Notes: a model not told the origin generated them from the letters alone. 32,812 nt of DNA from Candidatus Micrarchaeota archaeon (GCA_021791075.1 JAJYXH010000087.1:1-32812); one strand, 5' to 3'; positions 1 through 7,718 are shown, counted from the stretch's first letter. Numbers and translations are program-made.

Positions 1-112
1 CTTATATATACATATCGGCATTATACTTTCTATGGCAGCGGTTCGTTTTCATCCCACCCATAAATGGCGTGGGATTTCCCGCTCACATTGTTAAGAAAGC
101 TTGCCCGCAGGC

Positions 113-2191
113 TCAGCCTTCGTCCCTTCTCACGAGGCGCAGTATTCCGGGCTTGGGGCTGAAGATGTCTCCGGTCCTCTCCAGCTCGTCCAGATACTTC
201 TTCGCCGTGGCACCGTCCATTCCCGCCTTCTCCGCCTCCTCGAGTATCCTGACGATCTTGGCTCCGTCCTCCTCCTGATCAAGCTTCTTCACTATCTCGA
301 GCAGCGATGTTATCTTGTTGACCTTCTCCCTTGAGAGTCCCGTGGTTAGTATGTCTATGTCCCTCCTTCCGCCCCTGTCGACCGCGAGGGTGTTGAGCAT
401 GTACTCGAAGAGCAATATCCCAAGATCCGCATCCTTCGTGCCGATCTTTGTTGAGAGCCTTGTCTTTGCGCTGGCCTCTGCAAGTCTTATCAGCCCCTCT
501 ATCTGCCTCGGCGTTATCGGTGTTGCTCCCTCTTTTATCCCTATCTTTCTCAGCTGGAGGTAGTAGTCCTCAATCCTCTTACCGGCTTCCGGTGTCAGCA
601 TCGGCTTGATGTTCTTCCTTGCGTACGCCACGTACTTCCTGAGCATCGATGACTCTATCGGGGGAAGCTCCACCTGCTGGTAATTCTGTATCTGCGAGAT
701 CTTCGCCCCTGCCGCGCTGTGCTGTATCATTATGTGCTGTGCTATCTGCTTGTCCCTCTCCTCGTCGAGCACGTCCGTTATTGGGAATATGAGATCGAAT
801 CTTGAGAGAAGCGCTGGAGGTATGTCGAACTGCTCTGCCGGAAGCATGTTCCTGTCGAACCTTCCGAACTTGGGGTTCGCGGCTGCGAGCACCGAGGTCT
901 TTGCGCGGAACTTTGCTACGATTCCGGCCTTCGCGACGCTGATCGTCTGCGACTCGAGCGCCTCGAGCAACGATGACTTGTCCTCGTCGCCTATCTTGTC
1001 GAACTCGTCGATGGCCACTGTTCCGCCATTTCCCAAAACAAGTGCCCCGGCCTTGAGCGTCCATCCTCCTTCGGCGAAGTCGTCCCTCTCCGCCGAAGCG
1101 GTAAGACCCGCGGATGTGGTCGACTTTCCGCTCACGTATATGCCCTTCGGAACTATGGTGGTTATCGCCTGGAGCAGTCTCGTCTTCGCGCTTCCTGGAT
1201 CCCCTATGAGAAGTACGTGCATGTCGTTCCTTATTATTCCGCCGTCGACAAGCGTCTTGTCCGGGGTTCCTCCGAAGAGCTGGAGCGCAAGCGCCTGCTT
1301 TATCTCGTCGTATCCGTAGATCGACGGGGCTATGGACTTTGAGATCTTCTCGAAGATCCTCGGATCGGTAGCCATCTCCTTTATCTGCTTCTCCTCGTCG
1401 AGAGTTATGTCTATCTCCGCGAACTCCTTCTGCTTCTGCTTGATCGAGATCGAGTCGAAGAACACCGTGAAGAGGGCCTTCTCCTCCTTGCCCCTGAAGC
1501 TCCTTCTGGGCTTTATGCGAAGTATTCCCGTTATGTCCACCCTGTCTCCGGGGACTATGGTGTTCACCATGTCGTCCTCGAGCCAGACCTCGAGCTGCCA
1601 TGTCGGAGTGCTTCCTTTTAGTTTCTCGAGTGGGTCCTGCACCGCAATCCTCTGCAGGTTGACGAACTCTGACTCGGCGTTCTGCTGCTTGAGCGACCTC
1701 CTCTTGCACTGCGGGCAGATCTCCGGGATCTCGTCCTTGTCGAGCTTGACCTTTGTTACCGTGTTGCAGAAGGAGCACTTGAATACGCCTATGTTGACCT
1801 TGGGGGTTATCTCTGCCCTCTTCACAACCAGCGAGTCTAGAGTGAGCATCTTGCCTATGTACTCAGAGCCTACGTCCTGTATCATCGGCATGTTCAGGTC
1901 TATGCCGAAGAACCTTGCGTGGACCGGGTACTTCTGGATGGGATGCGGATTGAGCCTTGCGAGGGCGGAGTTGGCCCTCATCAGCGTCGGGTCTGGATTC
2001 TCTATCAGCTCGTTCGCAAGTTCCGCGTCAAACCTCTCAAGGTTCTTGATGTCGAGCTCAATGCTCCTCTTCTTGGGATATGCAACGTAGAGGTCGTTGA
2101 GCTGCTCCTGATAGTACTGGTTATAGAAGTCGATGAACTTGTCCTCGATCAACTTGTTCTCGAGGGCCCCGTCCTCAGCGTCATCAGCCAT
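113..2191 (-). CDS. mcm: Minichromosome maintenance (MCM) replicative helicase
   Basis: 692-aa ORF. It has a zinc ribbon (CSFCNT...CPQCKRR), Walker A (IGDPGSAKT), Walker B (AIDEFDK), an arginine finger (LLSRFDLIF) and a C-terminal winged-helix-like tail. Full archaeal MCM architecture with no intein-like insertion. Confidence 0.95.
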   Translation of the reverse strand: MADDAEDGALENKLIEDKFIDFYNQYYQEQLNDLYVAYPKKRSIELDIKNLERFDAELANELIENPDPTLMRANSALARLNPHPIQKYPVHARFFGIDLNMPMIQDVGSEYIGKMLTLDSLVVKRAEITPKVNIGVFKCSFCNTVTKVKLDKDEIPEICPQCKRRSLKQQNAESEFVNLQRIAVQDPLEKLKGSTPTWQLEVWLEDDMVNTIVPGDRVDITGILRIKPRRSFRGKEEKALFTVFFDSISIKQKQKEFAEIDITLDEEKQIKEMATDPRIFEKISKSIAPSIYGYDEIKQALALQLFGGTPDKTLVDGGIIRNDMHVLLIGDPGSAKTRLLQAITTIVPKGIYVSGKSTTSAGLTASAERDDFAEGGWTLKAGALVLGNGGTVAIDEFDKIGDEDKSSLLEALESQTISVAKAGIVAKFRAKTSVLAAANPKFGRFDRNMLPAEQFDIPPALLSRFDLIFPITDVLDEERDKQIAQHIMIQHSAAGAKISQIQNYQQVELPPIESSMLRKYVAYARKNIKPMLTPEAGKRIEDYYLQLRKIGIKEGATPITPRQIEGLIRLAEASAKTRLSTKIGTKDADLGILLFEYMLNTLAVDRGGRRDIDILTTGLSREKVNKITSLLEIVKKLDQEEDGAKIVRILEEAEKAGMDGATAKKYLDELERTGDIFSPKPGILRLVRRDEG

Positions 2192-2404
2192 GATTGCACA
2201 CCTCTATTCCTGCCAGAAGAACCTATGACCCGTAAAGTAATAAAAAGAGGCTGAATGCGTTGGAATAGTGGAATTGTACCAGTGTTCGACGTTGGGTTAA
2301 TAAATGCATCGCAGGCGGATTCCCGGTCTTGGAGGAGTTATATTAACCTTTTTCGTGCAGATATCAGCATTGCGCTCTTGAGATTCTACAAAGGGACGGG
2401 TTTG

Positions 2405-3859
2405 ATGCAGAAGTTCTACATAACGACTCCGCTGTACTACGTGAATGACAAGCCGCACATCGGCCACGCATTTGCAACGGTAACCGCTGACATAATGGCG
2501 AGGTGGCACAGGCTCAACGGAGAGAAGGTCTTCTTCCTTACCGGCACCGACGAGCATGGCGAGAAGAACCAGAAGGCCGCTGACGCTAAGGGCATGACGC
2601 CGCAGCAGTATGTGGACGGCCTTGCCGATATATACAAGGGGGTTTGGAAGGACCTCAACATCTCATATGATGGATTCGTACGGACATCGAGCCCGGCGCA
2701 CGAGGAGGCTGCATCGCGATTCGTGGAGCTGATGAACAAGAGCGGCGACATCTACAAAGGGGAGTATGAGGGATGGTACTGCATTCCTGACGAGACGTTC
2801 TTCACCGACCTGCAGCTTGTCGATGGACGATGCCCGGACTGCGGAAGGGAGGTCAAGAAGGTCAAGGAGGAGAGCTACTTCTTCAAGCTGAGCGAGTACC
2901 AGCAGAGGCTTCTCGATCACTACGCAAGCCATCCGCAGTTCCTCTCCCCGGAGTTGAGGGCGGATGAGATAAAGAACAGGGTCAAGGCGGGGCTGAAGGA
3001 CCTTTCCATAACAAGGGCAGCGATAAAGTGGGGGGTCCCGTTTCCGCTCGACAAGAGCAGGACCGTCTATGTCTGGGTCGAGGCTCTCGTAGGATACCTC
3101 TCCGGCATAGGATGGCGGTCGAAGGAGTCGGAAGCCCTATGGCCTGCCGACACGCACCTCGTTGGGAAGGAGATAAACTGGTTCCATGCGGTCGTCTGGC
3201 CGGCCATGCTGATGTCTGCCGGGCTTCAGATACCGAAGAGGATATTTGCCCACGGATGGTGGACCGTCGATGGGAAGAAGATGTCCAAGTCGGTTGGAAA
3301 CGTCGTCGATCCGGTTGAGATGGTGAGAAAGTACTCGGCAGACACGTTCAGGTACTTCCTGGTAAGGGAGAAGCCGATAAGCGAGGACGGCGACTTCTCG
3401 GAGAAGGCGATGATCACAAGGATAAACGGCGAGCTTGTGGCGGATCTCGGCAACCTGGTCTCAAGGACGCTCACGCTTACAGGCAGATTCAACGGCCCGA
3501 TAGCCGGAAGGCCGGAGCTCGAGAGCCATCTGAGGCTCGATAAGATAACGGAGCGCATGGACAGGTTCGATCCGTTCGGAGCGCTTGAGGAGATCTGGTC
3601 GTTCGTCAGGGCCTCTAACAAGTACGTCAATGAAAAGGCCCCGTGGAAGCTTGAGGGGGCCGAGCTCTCGAATTCACTATACAACCTGCTCGAGGCGTGC
3701 AGAATACTCTCTATACTCGTATCCCCTTACATGCCTGAGACTTCGGAGAAGCTTAACGCGCAGCTTGGCGTCAGCCCAGGCACGCTCAAGGACTGCAGGT
3801 TCATGGAGTGGAAGGGCAACGCAGTCAGGGGGGAGCACCTCTTCAGGAAGATTGAGTGA
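2405..3859 (+). CDS. metG: Methionyl-tRNA synthetase, short form without a C-terminal tRNA-binding appendix
   Basis: HIGH-type motif PHIGHAF, KMSKS present verbatim (GKKMSKSVGN), and a Zn knuckle (CIPDETF...CPDCG). I moved the start to ATG 2405 (MQKFYITTPLYYVND). The 50 upstream codons of the tracked ORF look non-coding. Confidence 0.93.
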   Translation: MQKFYITTPLYYVNDKPHIGHAFATVTADIMARWHRLNGEKVFFLTGTDEHGEKNQKAADAKGMTPQQYVDGLADIYKGVWKDLNISYDGFVRTSSPAHEEAASRFVELMNKSGDIYKGEYEGWYCIPDETFFTDLQLVDGRCPDCGREVKKVKEESYFFKLSEYQQRLLDHYASHPQFLSPELRADEIKNRVKAGLKDLSITRAAIKWGVPFPLDKSRTVYVWVEALVGYLSGIGWRSKESEALWPADTHLVGKEINWFHAVVWPAMLMSAGLQIPKRIFAHGWWTVDGKKMSKSVGNVVDPVEMVRKYSADTFRYFLVREKPISEDGDFSEKAMITRINGELVADLGNLVSRTLTLTGRFNGPIAGRPELESHLRLDKITERMDRFDPFGALEEIWSFVRASNKYVNEKAPWKLEGAELSNSLYNLLEACRILSILVSPYMPETSEKLNAQLGVSPGTLKDCRFMEWKGNAVRGEHLFRKIE

Positions 3860-4504
3860 TCAGCTTGCGCGCGCGAGCTCCTTGAGCCTTGCGTTTTCGC
3901 CGTAGCCGAACAGTGCGCTCTGGTCCGAACGCCGTATCAGACCATCGAGCTGCGCATCAAGCCTTCTCTTCCCTGCTCGGTAGCTCGCGGCTGGATGCGC
4001 ACTCATTATCGGGATCTGCCAGTACTCATCAGCAATCTTGGCCAGGCTACGGCCATGGTGGTCTGAGATCAGTATCAGGTACAGGTCTGAACCGTACTCC
4101 TTGTGGAACATGCCGATCTTGCTCGTGTAAGCCCTGTTCCTCTCGCTGATGGCCCTCTGCGCAGATCTGCTCGCGTAGATCCCGGAGGGAAATCCGTGCG
4201 GCTCAAGAATCACCTGCCTGCCGTTTACCGTAAGCTCAATGGTGAAGTCAGGAAGGTATGCATGCACCCCATCACTTATCGGAAACGTGTGCACTTCATA
4301 GTATGCCACCACCCCGTGCTCGAGCAGTGACCACTTGCACGCCTCTTCGGATGCGCTCTTTACCGTGGTTTTTGCGGTTAGCAACGATGAGACACGCCTC
4401 TCCCTGAAACCGGGGGAGCTCGTGAGGAGGCTGTCTCTTCTGGATGGCCATACCAGGCCAGGCAGTACTCTCTCGGCCTCTGCGATGCCGGGTCGCACGC
4501 GCAT
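3860..4504 (-). CDS. Hypothetical protein, possible PD-(D/E)XK (Vsr/DUF559/TnsA-N-like) nuclease fold
   Basis: 214-aa ORF. The segment EEACKWSLLEHG...HAYLPDFTIELTVNGRQVILEPHG resembles the E...xPDF...hhE-x-(K/H) core of restriction-endonuclease-like proteins. A TATA-like box lies about 27-33 nt upstream of the ATG, so the transcript looks leaderless. The fold assignment is weak. Confidence 0.5.
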   Translation of the reverse strand: MRVRPGIAEAERVLPGLVWPSRRDSLLTSSPGFRERRVSSLLTAKTTVKSASEEACKWSLLEHGVVAYYEVHTFPISDGVHAYLPDFTIELTVNGRQVILEPHGFPSGIYASRSAQRAISERNRAYTSKIGMFHKEYGSDLYLILISDHHGRSLAKIADEYWQIPIMSAHPAASYRAGKRRLDAQLDGLIRRSDQSALFGYGENARLKELARAS

Positions 4505-4537
4505 ATGATTGGATACGTAATGATAGATTCTTATATG

Positions 4538-4559
4538 GAATCTACAAAGAATCTACAAA
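4538..4559. repeat. Perfect tandem duplication of the 11-mer GAATCTACAAA
   Basis: There are two exact copies (4538-4548 and 4549-4559). They sit immediately beside a TATA-like TTATAT (4531-4536) that is itself flanked by the inverted hexamers AGATTC (4525-4530) and GAATCT (4538-4543). Confidence 0.7.
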
Positions 4560-4603
4560 GACGTAGGCTCTCTTCCTTGTCAACACGATGCGGCTTCGCC
4601 GCG

Positions 4604-5038
4604 TCACTCGGCGAGACCCTTCTCCCTTAGGATTATGTATACGGCGATGATGCCTAGAACGCTGAACACCGCGGATGAAAAGAAGACGGTGCCATAAACA
4701 TACGCGTCTGGCTTCTTCGCCTTCCTAGCCTTCAGGAAGAATGGGTATCCTATTATCGATGCTATGAGCGCCCATATCAGCAGGGTCTGCGTGCTCAGCC
4801 CTGCTGCGATAGACTCTATGACTGCTCCGAGTATCGCTATCACAAAGAACCTGATCCCGCCTATCTTTCCTGGTTGCCCTAGTTTTGCAGAGCCTGGTGG
4901 CTCGCCACTAATGTCATGCTGGGCCGGCCTTCCGGCATACTCCTTCTCGATCTCCTCTTCAAGGCTCTCCTGCCCGGCCATCTGACCCGATAACTTGTCA
5001 GAGATAGCATTTTTATTATTGTCGCTGCCCTGTCTCAC
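4604..5038 (-). CDS. Small membrane protein (about 3 TM segments) with an acidic N-terminal tail
   Basis: 144-aa ORF. It has three hydrophobic stretches (IRFFVIAILGAVIESIAAGL, LLIWALIASIIGYPFF, VFFSSAVFSVLGIIAVYII). It starts 13 nt downstream of the preceding co-directional ORF. No recognisable family. Confidence 0.55.
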   Translation of the reverse strand: MRQGSDNNKNAISDKLSGQMAGQESLEEEIEKEYAGRPAQHDISGEPPGSAKLGQPGKIGGIRFFVIAILGAVIESIAAGLSTQTLLIWALIASIIGYPFFLKARKAKKPDAYVYGTVFFSSAVFSVLGIIAVYIILREKGLAE

Positions 5039-5051
5039 AGCAGCTAATTTG

Positions 5052-5423
5052 TCATCTGGTTATATTGTCCTCTTCCGACTCCGTGATTCCAAAGCCATTG
5101 CCGTGCACAGATCTGATGCTGACAGGAGCATCGTCATTTCTCTTTATCCTGGAGAAGAGCACAACAATGGCGCTTCCGCCTGCCTGCACCTCTCCTATTC
5201 CCTCCACAACAGGGGTTATCCGGAGTATCGTCTGGAATGCAGAGCCGTGTCCATCTCTCCTCTTCGATTCGAGGCTTGCCTTTTTCTCTGCGTAATCCCT
5301 CTGGTCAAGCCTCTCCTGAAGTTCCGTGGCCCTGTTCGTGTCCTCGATCTCGTTCCCAGGATCAGGACGCAGCAGCATGGCGAGGGGCGACTCCCTGAGC
5401 CTCTCCGCTCGCTGTGCCAGCAT
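5052..5423 (-). CDS. Hypothetical soluble protein (charged N-terminal half, beta-rich C-terminal half)
   Basis: 123-aa ORF preceded by a GGAGGA Shine-Dalgarno-like element 4 nt upstream of the ATG. No family recognised. Confidence 0.45.
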   Translation of the reverse strand: MLAQRAERLRESPLAMLLRPDPGNEIEDTNRATELQERLDQRDYAEKKASLESKRRDGHGSAFQTILRITPVVEGIGEVQAGGSAIVVLFSRIKRNDDAPVSIRSVHGNGFGITESEEDNITR

Positions 5424-5669
5424 CTTCTCCTCCCAATTACCTATCCCGTTTGTGATATTTAAGTTTAGTGATGCAAGGAAGACCTGCAGGCAAGGCTTAA
5501 TAATCAGGAGATGCCAAAGATATGGTTATAGACTTCTTGCAGATGAGGACAGGGATAAGGAGAACTCATGTGACTTGATGCTACCTTCTTGATCTCCTGG
5601 CATGCGTGAAGTAGTACCAGAGAACCAGAATTATTATCACTACTGCCACTACTGCTGCAATCACTGCTC

Positions 5670-6013
5670 CTGCAGAGGATCTGTTTTATCGGTTCTCAGA
5701 GATTGGCCAGACTTAGGGAAATCCTGCTGAATGCCGGGTGCCATAGTCGATATTGTGAAATCCTCCCACGTTTTAAAACGTGGGCTTCCCTCGCCTCTAC
5801 GGCGATTCGGTAAACGCGACCATTCCTCTCGGAGCCTTTCGCATGGGTTATGGTGAACAGAAACGCAACCCATGGGCATCCGCTCATTACGCGTCCGCGC
5901 GACTTCTGTTGAATCTCTATTGGATGTCCGATTTATATGCCTTCTCACGCCCCTAGCCCACCATTGAAATGATGGGTTTGCGTGTCGGATCATTTATCAT
6001 TACAGATCTGCAG
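5670..6013. ncRNA. Candidate structured non-coding element (large ncRNA or MITE-like element), class and strand unresolved
   Basis: It lies in a ~640 bp gene-free gap (5424-6064) in an otherwise tightly packed window, and its GC content is close to that of coding DNA. The terminal arms CTGCAG-AGG-ATCTGT (5670-5684) and ACAGATCTGCAG (6002-6013) are complementary over 12 nt with a 3-nt bulge. Internal hairpins are a perfect 20-nt palindrome CCCACGTTTTAAAACGTGGG (5765-5784), TCGCC/GGCGA (5791-5805), CATGGGTT/AACCCATG (5842-5874) and 5957-5976. The last hairpin has a G.U pair if transcribed from the minus strand and a C.A mismatch on the plus strand. The ORFs overlapping it (5661..5993 and 5696..5887) have implausible W/R-rich composition. 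Confidence 0.35.
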
Positions 6014-6026
6014 CGAACCGTGTGGA

Positions 6027-6034
6027 TTATATAT
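6027..6034 (+). promoter_or_regulatory. TATA box (TTATATAT) for the DUF929 gene
   Basis: An archaeal TATA-like octamer ends 31 nt upstream of ATG 6065. That spacing fits a leaderless or very short-leader mRNA. Confidence 0.45.
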
Positions 6035-6064
6035 CTTCACTGGCAAAGCTATTCTGGTATTGAT

Positions 6065-7174
6065 ATGCCTGTTAGAAAGAATGTTAGGAACCGTCCGGTG
6101 AGGAGCAGAGGATACGCACCTGCCGCAGGGGCAGGAGTCCTTGTTATTGCTGCCCTTGTGCTTGCGGTAGCGGCTCTTGCAGTAGCATCTTATGCGGTGT
6201 ACGCCACGCTCTCGAGCCCTGCGCAGCAACTTGGCCAGCTTACCTCAAACCAGATAAAGAACCTGGTAAACCTCTCTTACGGCCGCTCCGCCACTTCCAT
6301 TGCAAACACATCCGGTGGAAGCAGCTTCGGACACACCACTGCAGGGATAAATCAGCCACTTAATGCCAGCGCTCTTGCTGTGATAAACGACGCTCCAAAC
6401 TCGTACTTCGAGACCGCTGGACTGATGTACCTCAACGGCTCCATACAGAACGAGGTTCTTCCGAACTATGCCCCGGTAAACGCCTTCATGGTCAACAACA
6501 AGCCTTCGGTAGTTTACCTTGGATCGATAACATGCATCTTCTGTGGTGAGAACCGGTGGGCGATGGCGCTTGCGCTCTCGAGGTTCGGAAACTTCTCGCA
6601 GCTCTTCCAGGGATACAGCTCCTACAGCGACTATGACGTCCCGACGCTGTACTGGAACGTCGCGAACTACACGCGGCAGGACACGCTTGCGGTTGCACCG
6701 CACGCGATATCCTTAGGCGCATACTACTCCAGCAGGTACATAAACTTCCTTCCGATAGAGGGCCAGGGCAACATAACTGGTGGCTTCTTCATCCAGTCGC
6801 TGCCGGTCATAGGCGCGGAGGTAAACAACACCGGCAATGCAACATACAAGAGCGTATTCAGCTACCTGCTCGGGCTTCAGGGAAGCAACTCCACGTCTTT
6901 CAAGGGCACGCCTTACACCATATGGGGCAACAGCCTCTTCGGAGGCGCGGATGCCGTGGACTTCGGAAACACGACACCACAGTCGCAGAGCCTGCCCCTC
7001 ACTTACATGACCCACGGGCAGGTTCTCTCGCAGCTCGGAAACCCTAACGACCAGTTCGCATGGACCGAGTACGCTGCGGCTGACATATACATAGCAGGGG
7101 TGTGCAGGTCCATCAACAACACGGCTCCGGTCTGCAACCTGAGCGCTATACAGAGAATTGAGACTCTCAAGTAA
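6065..7174 (+). CDS. Membrane-anchored DUF929-family thioredoxin-like protein, probable glycoprotein
   Basis: The start is set at ATG 6065 (MPVRKNVRNRP...). A basic N-terminus is followed by one TM helix (GVLVIAALVLAVAALAVASYAVYA). The motif GSITCIFCGENRWAMALALSRFGNF matches the CxxC-(A/G)ExRW signature of archaeal DUF929 proteins. The ectodomain carries 13 N-x-S/T sequons and a second Cys pair near the C-terminus (CRSINNTAPVC). Confidence 0.8.
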   Translation: MPVRKNVRNRPVRSRGYAPAAGAGVLVIAALVLAVAALAVASYAVYATLSSPAQQLGQLTSNQIKNLVNLSYGRSATSIANTSGGSSFGHTTAGINQPLNASALAVINDAPNSYFETAGLMYLNGSIQNEVLPNYAPVNAFMVNNKPSVVYLGSITCIFCGENRWAMALALSRFGNFSQLFQGYSSYSDYDVPTLYWNVANYTRQDTLAVAPHAISLGAYYSSRYINFLPIEGQGNITGGFFIQSLPVIGAEVNNTGNATYKSVFSYLLGLQGSNSTSFKGTPYTIWGNSLFGGADAVDFGNTTPQSQSLPLTYMTHGQVLSQLGNPNDQFAWTEYAAADIYIAGVCRSINNTAPVCNLSAIQRIETLK

Positions 7175-7190
7175 ATGTTGTGATGCCTAT

Positions 7191-7718
7191 ATGGAAGCAA
7201 AGCAGTCTATAGGGAGGGGGCACGTGCTCCTCGAGGTCCTTACTTCAGAGATGTACGTAGGCATAGCCACGGCAGGAGCGCTCGCCTATTTCTGGATTAT
7301 TAACTATCTGGTGGCCTCAAGCAACTACGGCATCTTCCTAATCTCCGTGCCCGTGTACATTGTCTACCTCATGGTGGGCACTGCAGGGATACTGCTCGCG
7401 TTGGGCATCTTCTCGATACGAAACGCGCTCCTCGGCGCCACCGCTGCAGCGGAGGAGGGTGTGCTCAGTGCCGCGCTGCCTTCGATAGGAAGCCTTGCGG
7501 TGACGTGCTCGTGCACATACCCGTTTCTTGGCACGGTGCTCCTCTTCTTCGGAGCAAGCTCGCTCGAGGTCTCTGCCGTTATCTCCTACGTTGCTGCTTA
7601 CCAGGCCTGGATACTCGCGGCGATAATAGTGGTGAACCTCCTCCTGATCCACTATTACCTCGGCAGGCTAGCTAAGGCGGAGCGCAGGATTTATTTAGGA
7701 GGAAGGAGGAGGGCATAA
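7191..7718 (+). CDS. Multi-pass membrane protein (4-5 TM) with an intramembrane CxC motif
   Basis: The ORF begins just after the DUF929 stop (7172-7174). The tracked ORF (TTG 7158) would overlap it, but ATG 7191 is the first ATG. It has hydrophobic segments throughout and the motif SLAVTCSCTYPFLG. A diverged paralogous fragment at 31445-31772 conserves the CxC. No family recognised. Confidence 0.65.
   Translation: MEAKQSIGRGHVLLEVLTSEMYVGIATAGALAYFWIINYLVASSNYGIFLISVPVYIVYLMVGTAGILLALGIFSIRNALLGATAAAEEGVLSAALPSIGSLAVTCSCTYPFLGTVLLFFGASSLEVSAVISYVAAYQAWILAAIIVVNLLLIHYYLGRLAKAERRIYLGGRRRA

Noticed and set aside
1-112. Hairpin TCCCAC...GTGGGA downstream of the mcm stop as a terminator
   Set aside because: The stem is only 6 bp with an 11-nt loop, and no clear oligo-T tract of the kind used by archaeal terminators follows it. 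Support is insufficient.
579-1778. 399-aa minus-strand ORF, plus several 195-252 aa plus-strand ORFs, overlapping the mcm gene
   Set aside because: They are alternative or antisense frames of a well-supported gene. Their composition is extreme (R/G/E-rich or S/L-rich) and they contain no recognisable motifs.
5590-5680. Possible about 27-aa single-TM peptide (V)IAAVVAVVIIILVLWYYFTHARRSRR on the minus strand
   Set aside because: It has no ATG start, only an internal GTG, and there is a stop 7 codons upstream. It is too short to support without expression data.
5698-5918. 7-nt complementarity AGAGATT / AATCTCT, first taken as a terminal helix of the putative RNA
   Set aside because: A 7-mer match over ~220 nt is expected about once by chance. 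The 12-nt pairing at 5670-5684/6002-6013 is the statistically meaningful one.
5661-5993. 110-aa ORF (and the nested 63-aa ORF) in the 5.4-6.06 kb gap
   Set aside because: It has a W/R/P-rich composition, no start context and no similarity to anything I recognise. The region is better explained as non-coding structured DNA or RNA.
5670-6013. Assigning the element to RNase P RNA or SRP RNA
   Set aside because: There are partial look-alikes of RNase P CR-I/CR-II and a UGUAAU (minus strand). However, the ACAGAAA sits in a hairpin loop, the CR-II-like and CR-III-like motifs are in the wrong order, about 22 nt separate the putative P4 3' strand from P1, and no SRP helix-8 GGAA/AGCA motif exists. 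I therefore left it unclassified.
7158-7190. TTG start at 7158 for the CxC membrane protein
   Set aside because: The extension (..SSKCCDAY..) overlaps the DUF929 gene end and is not hydrophobic or conserved-looking. ATG 7191 is more plausible, although the true start remains unverified.
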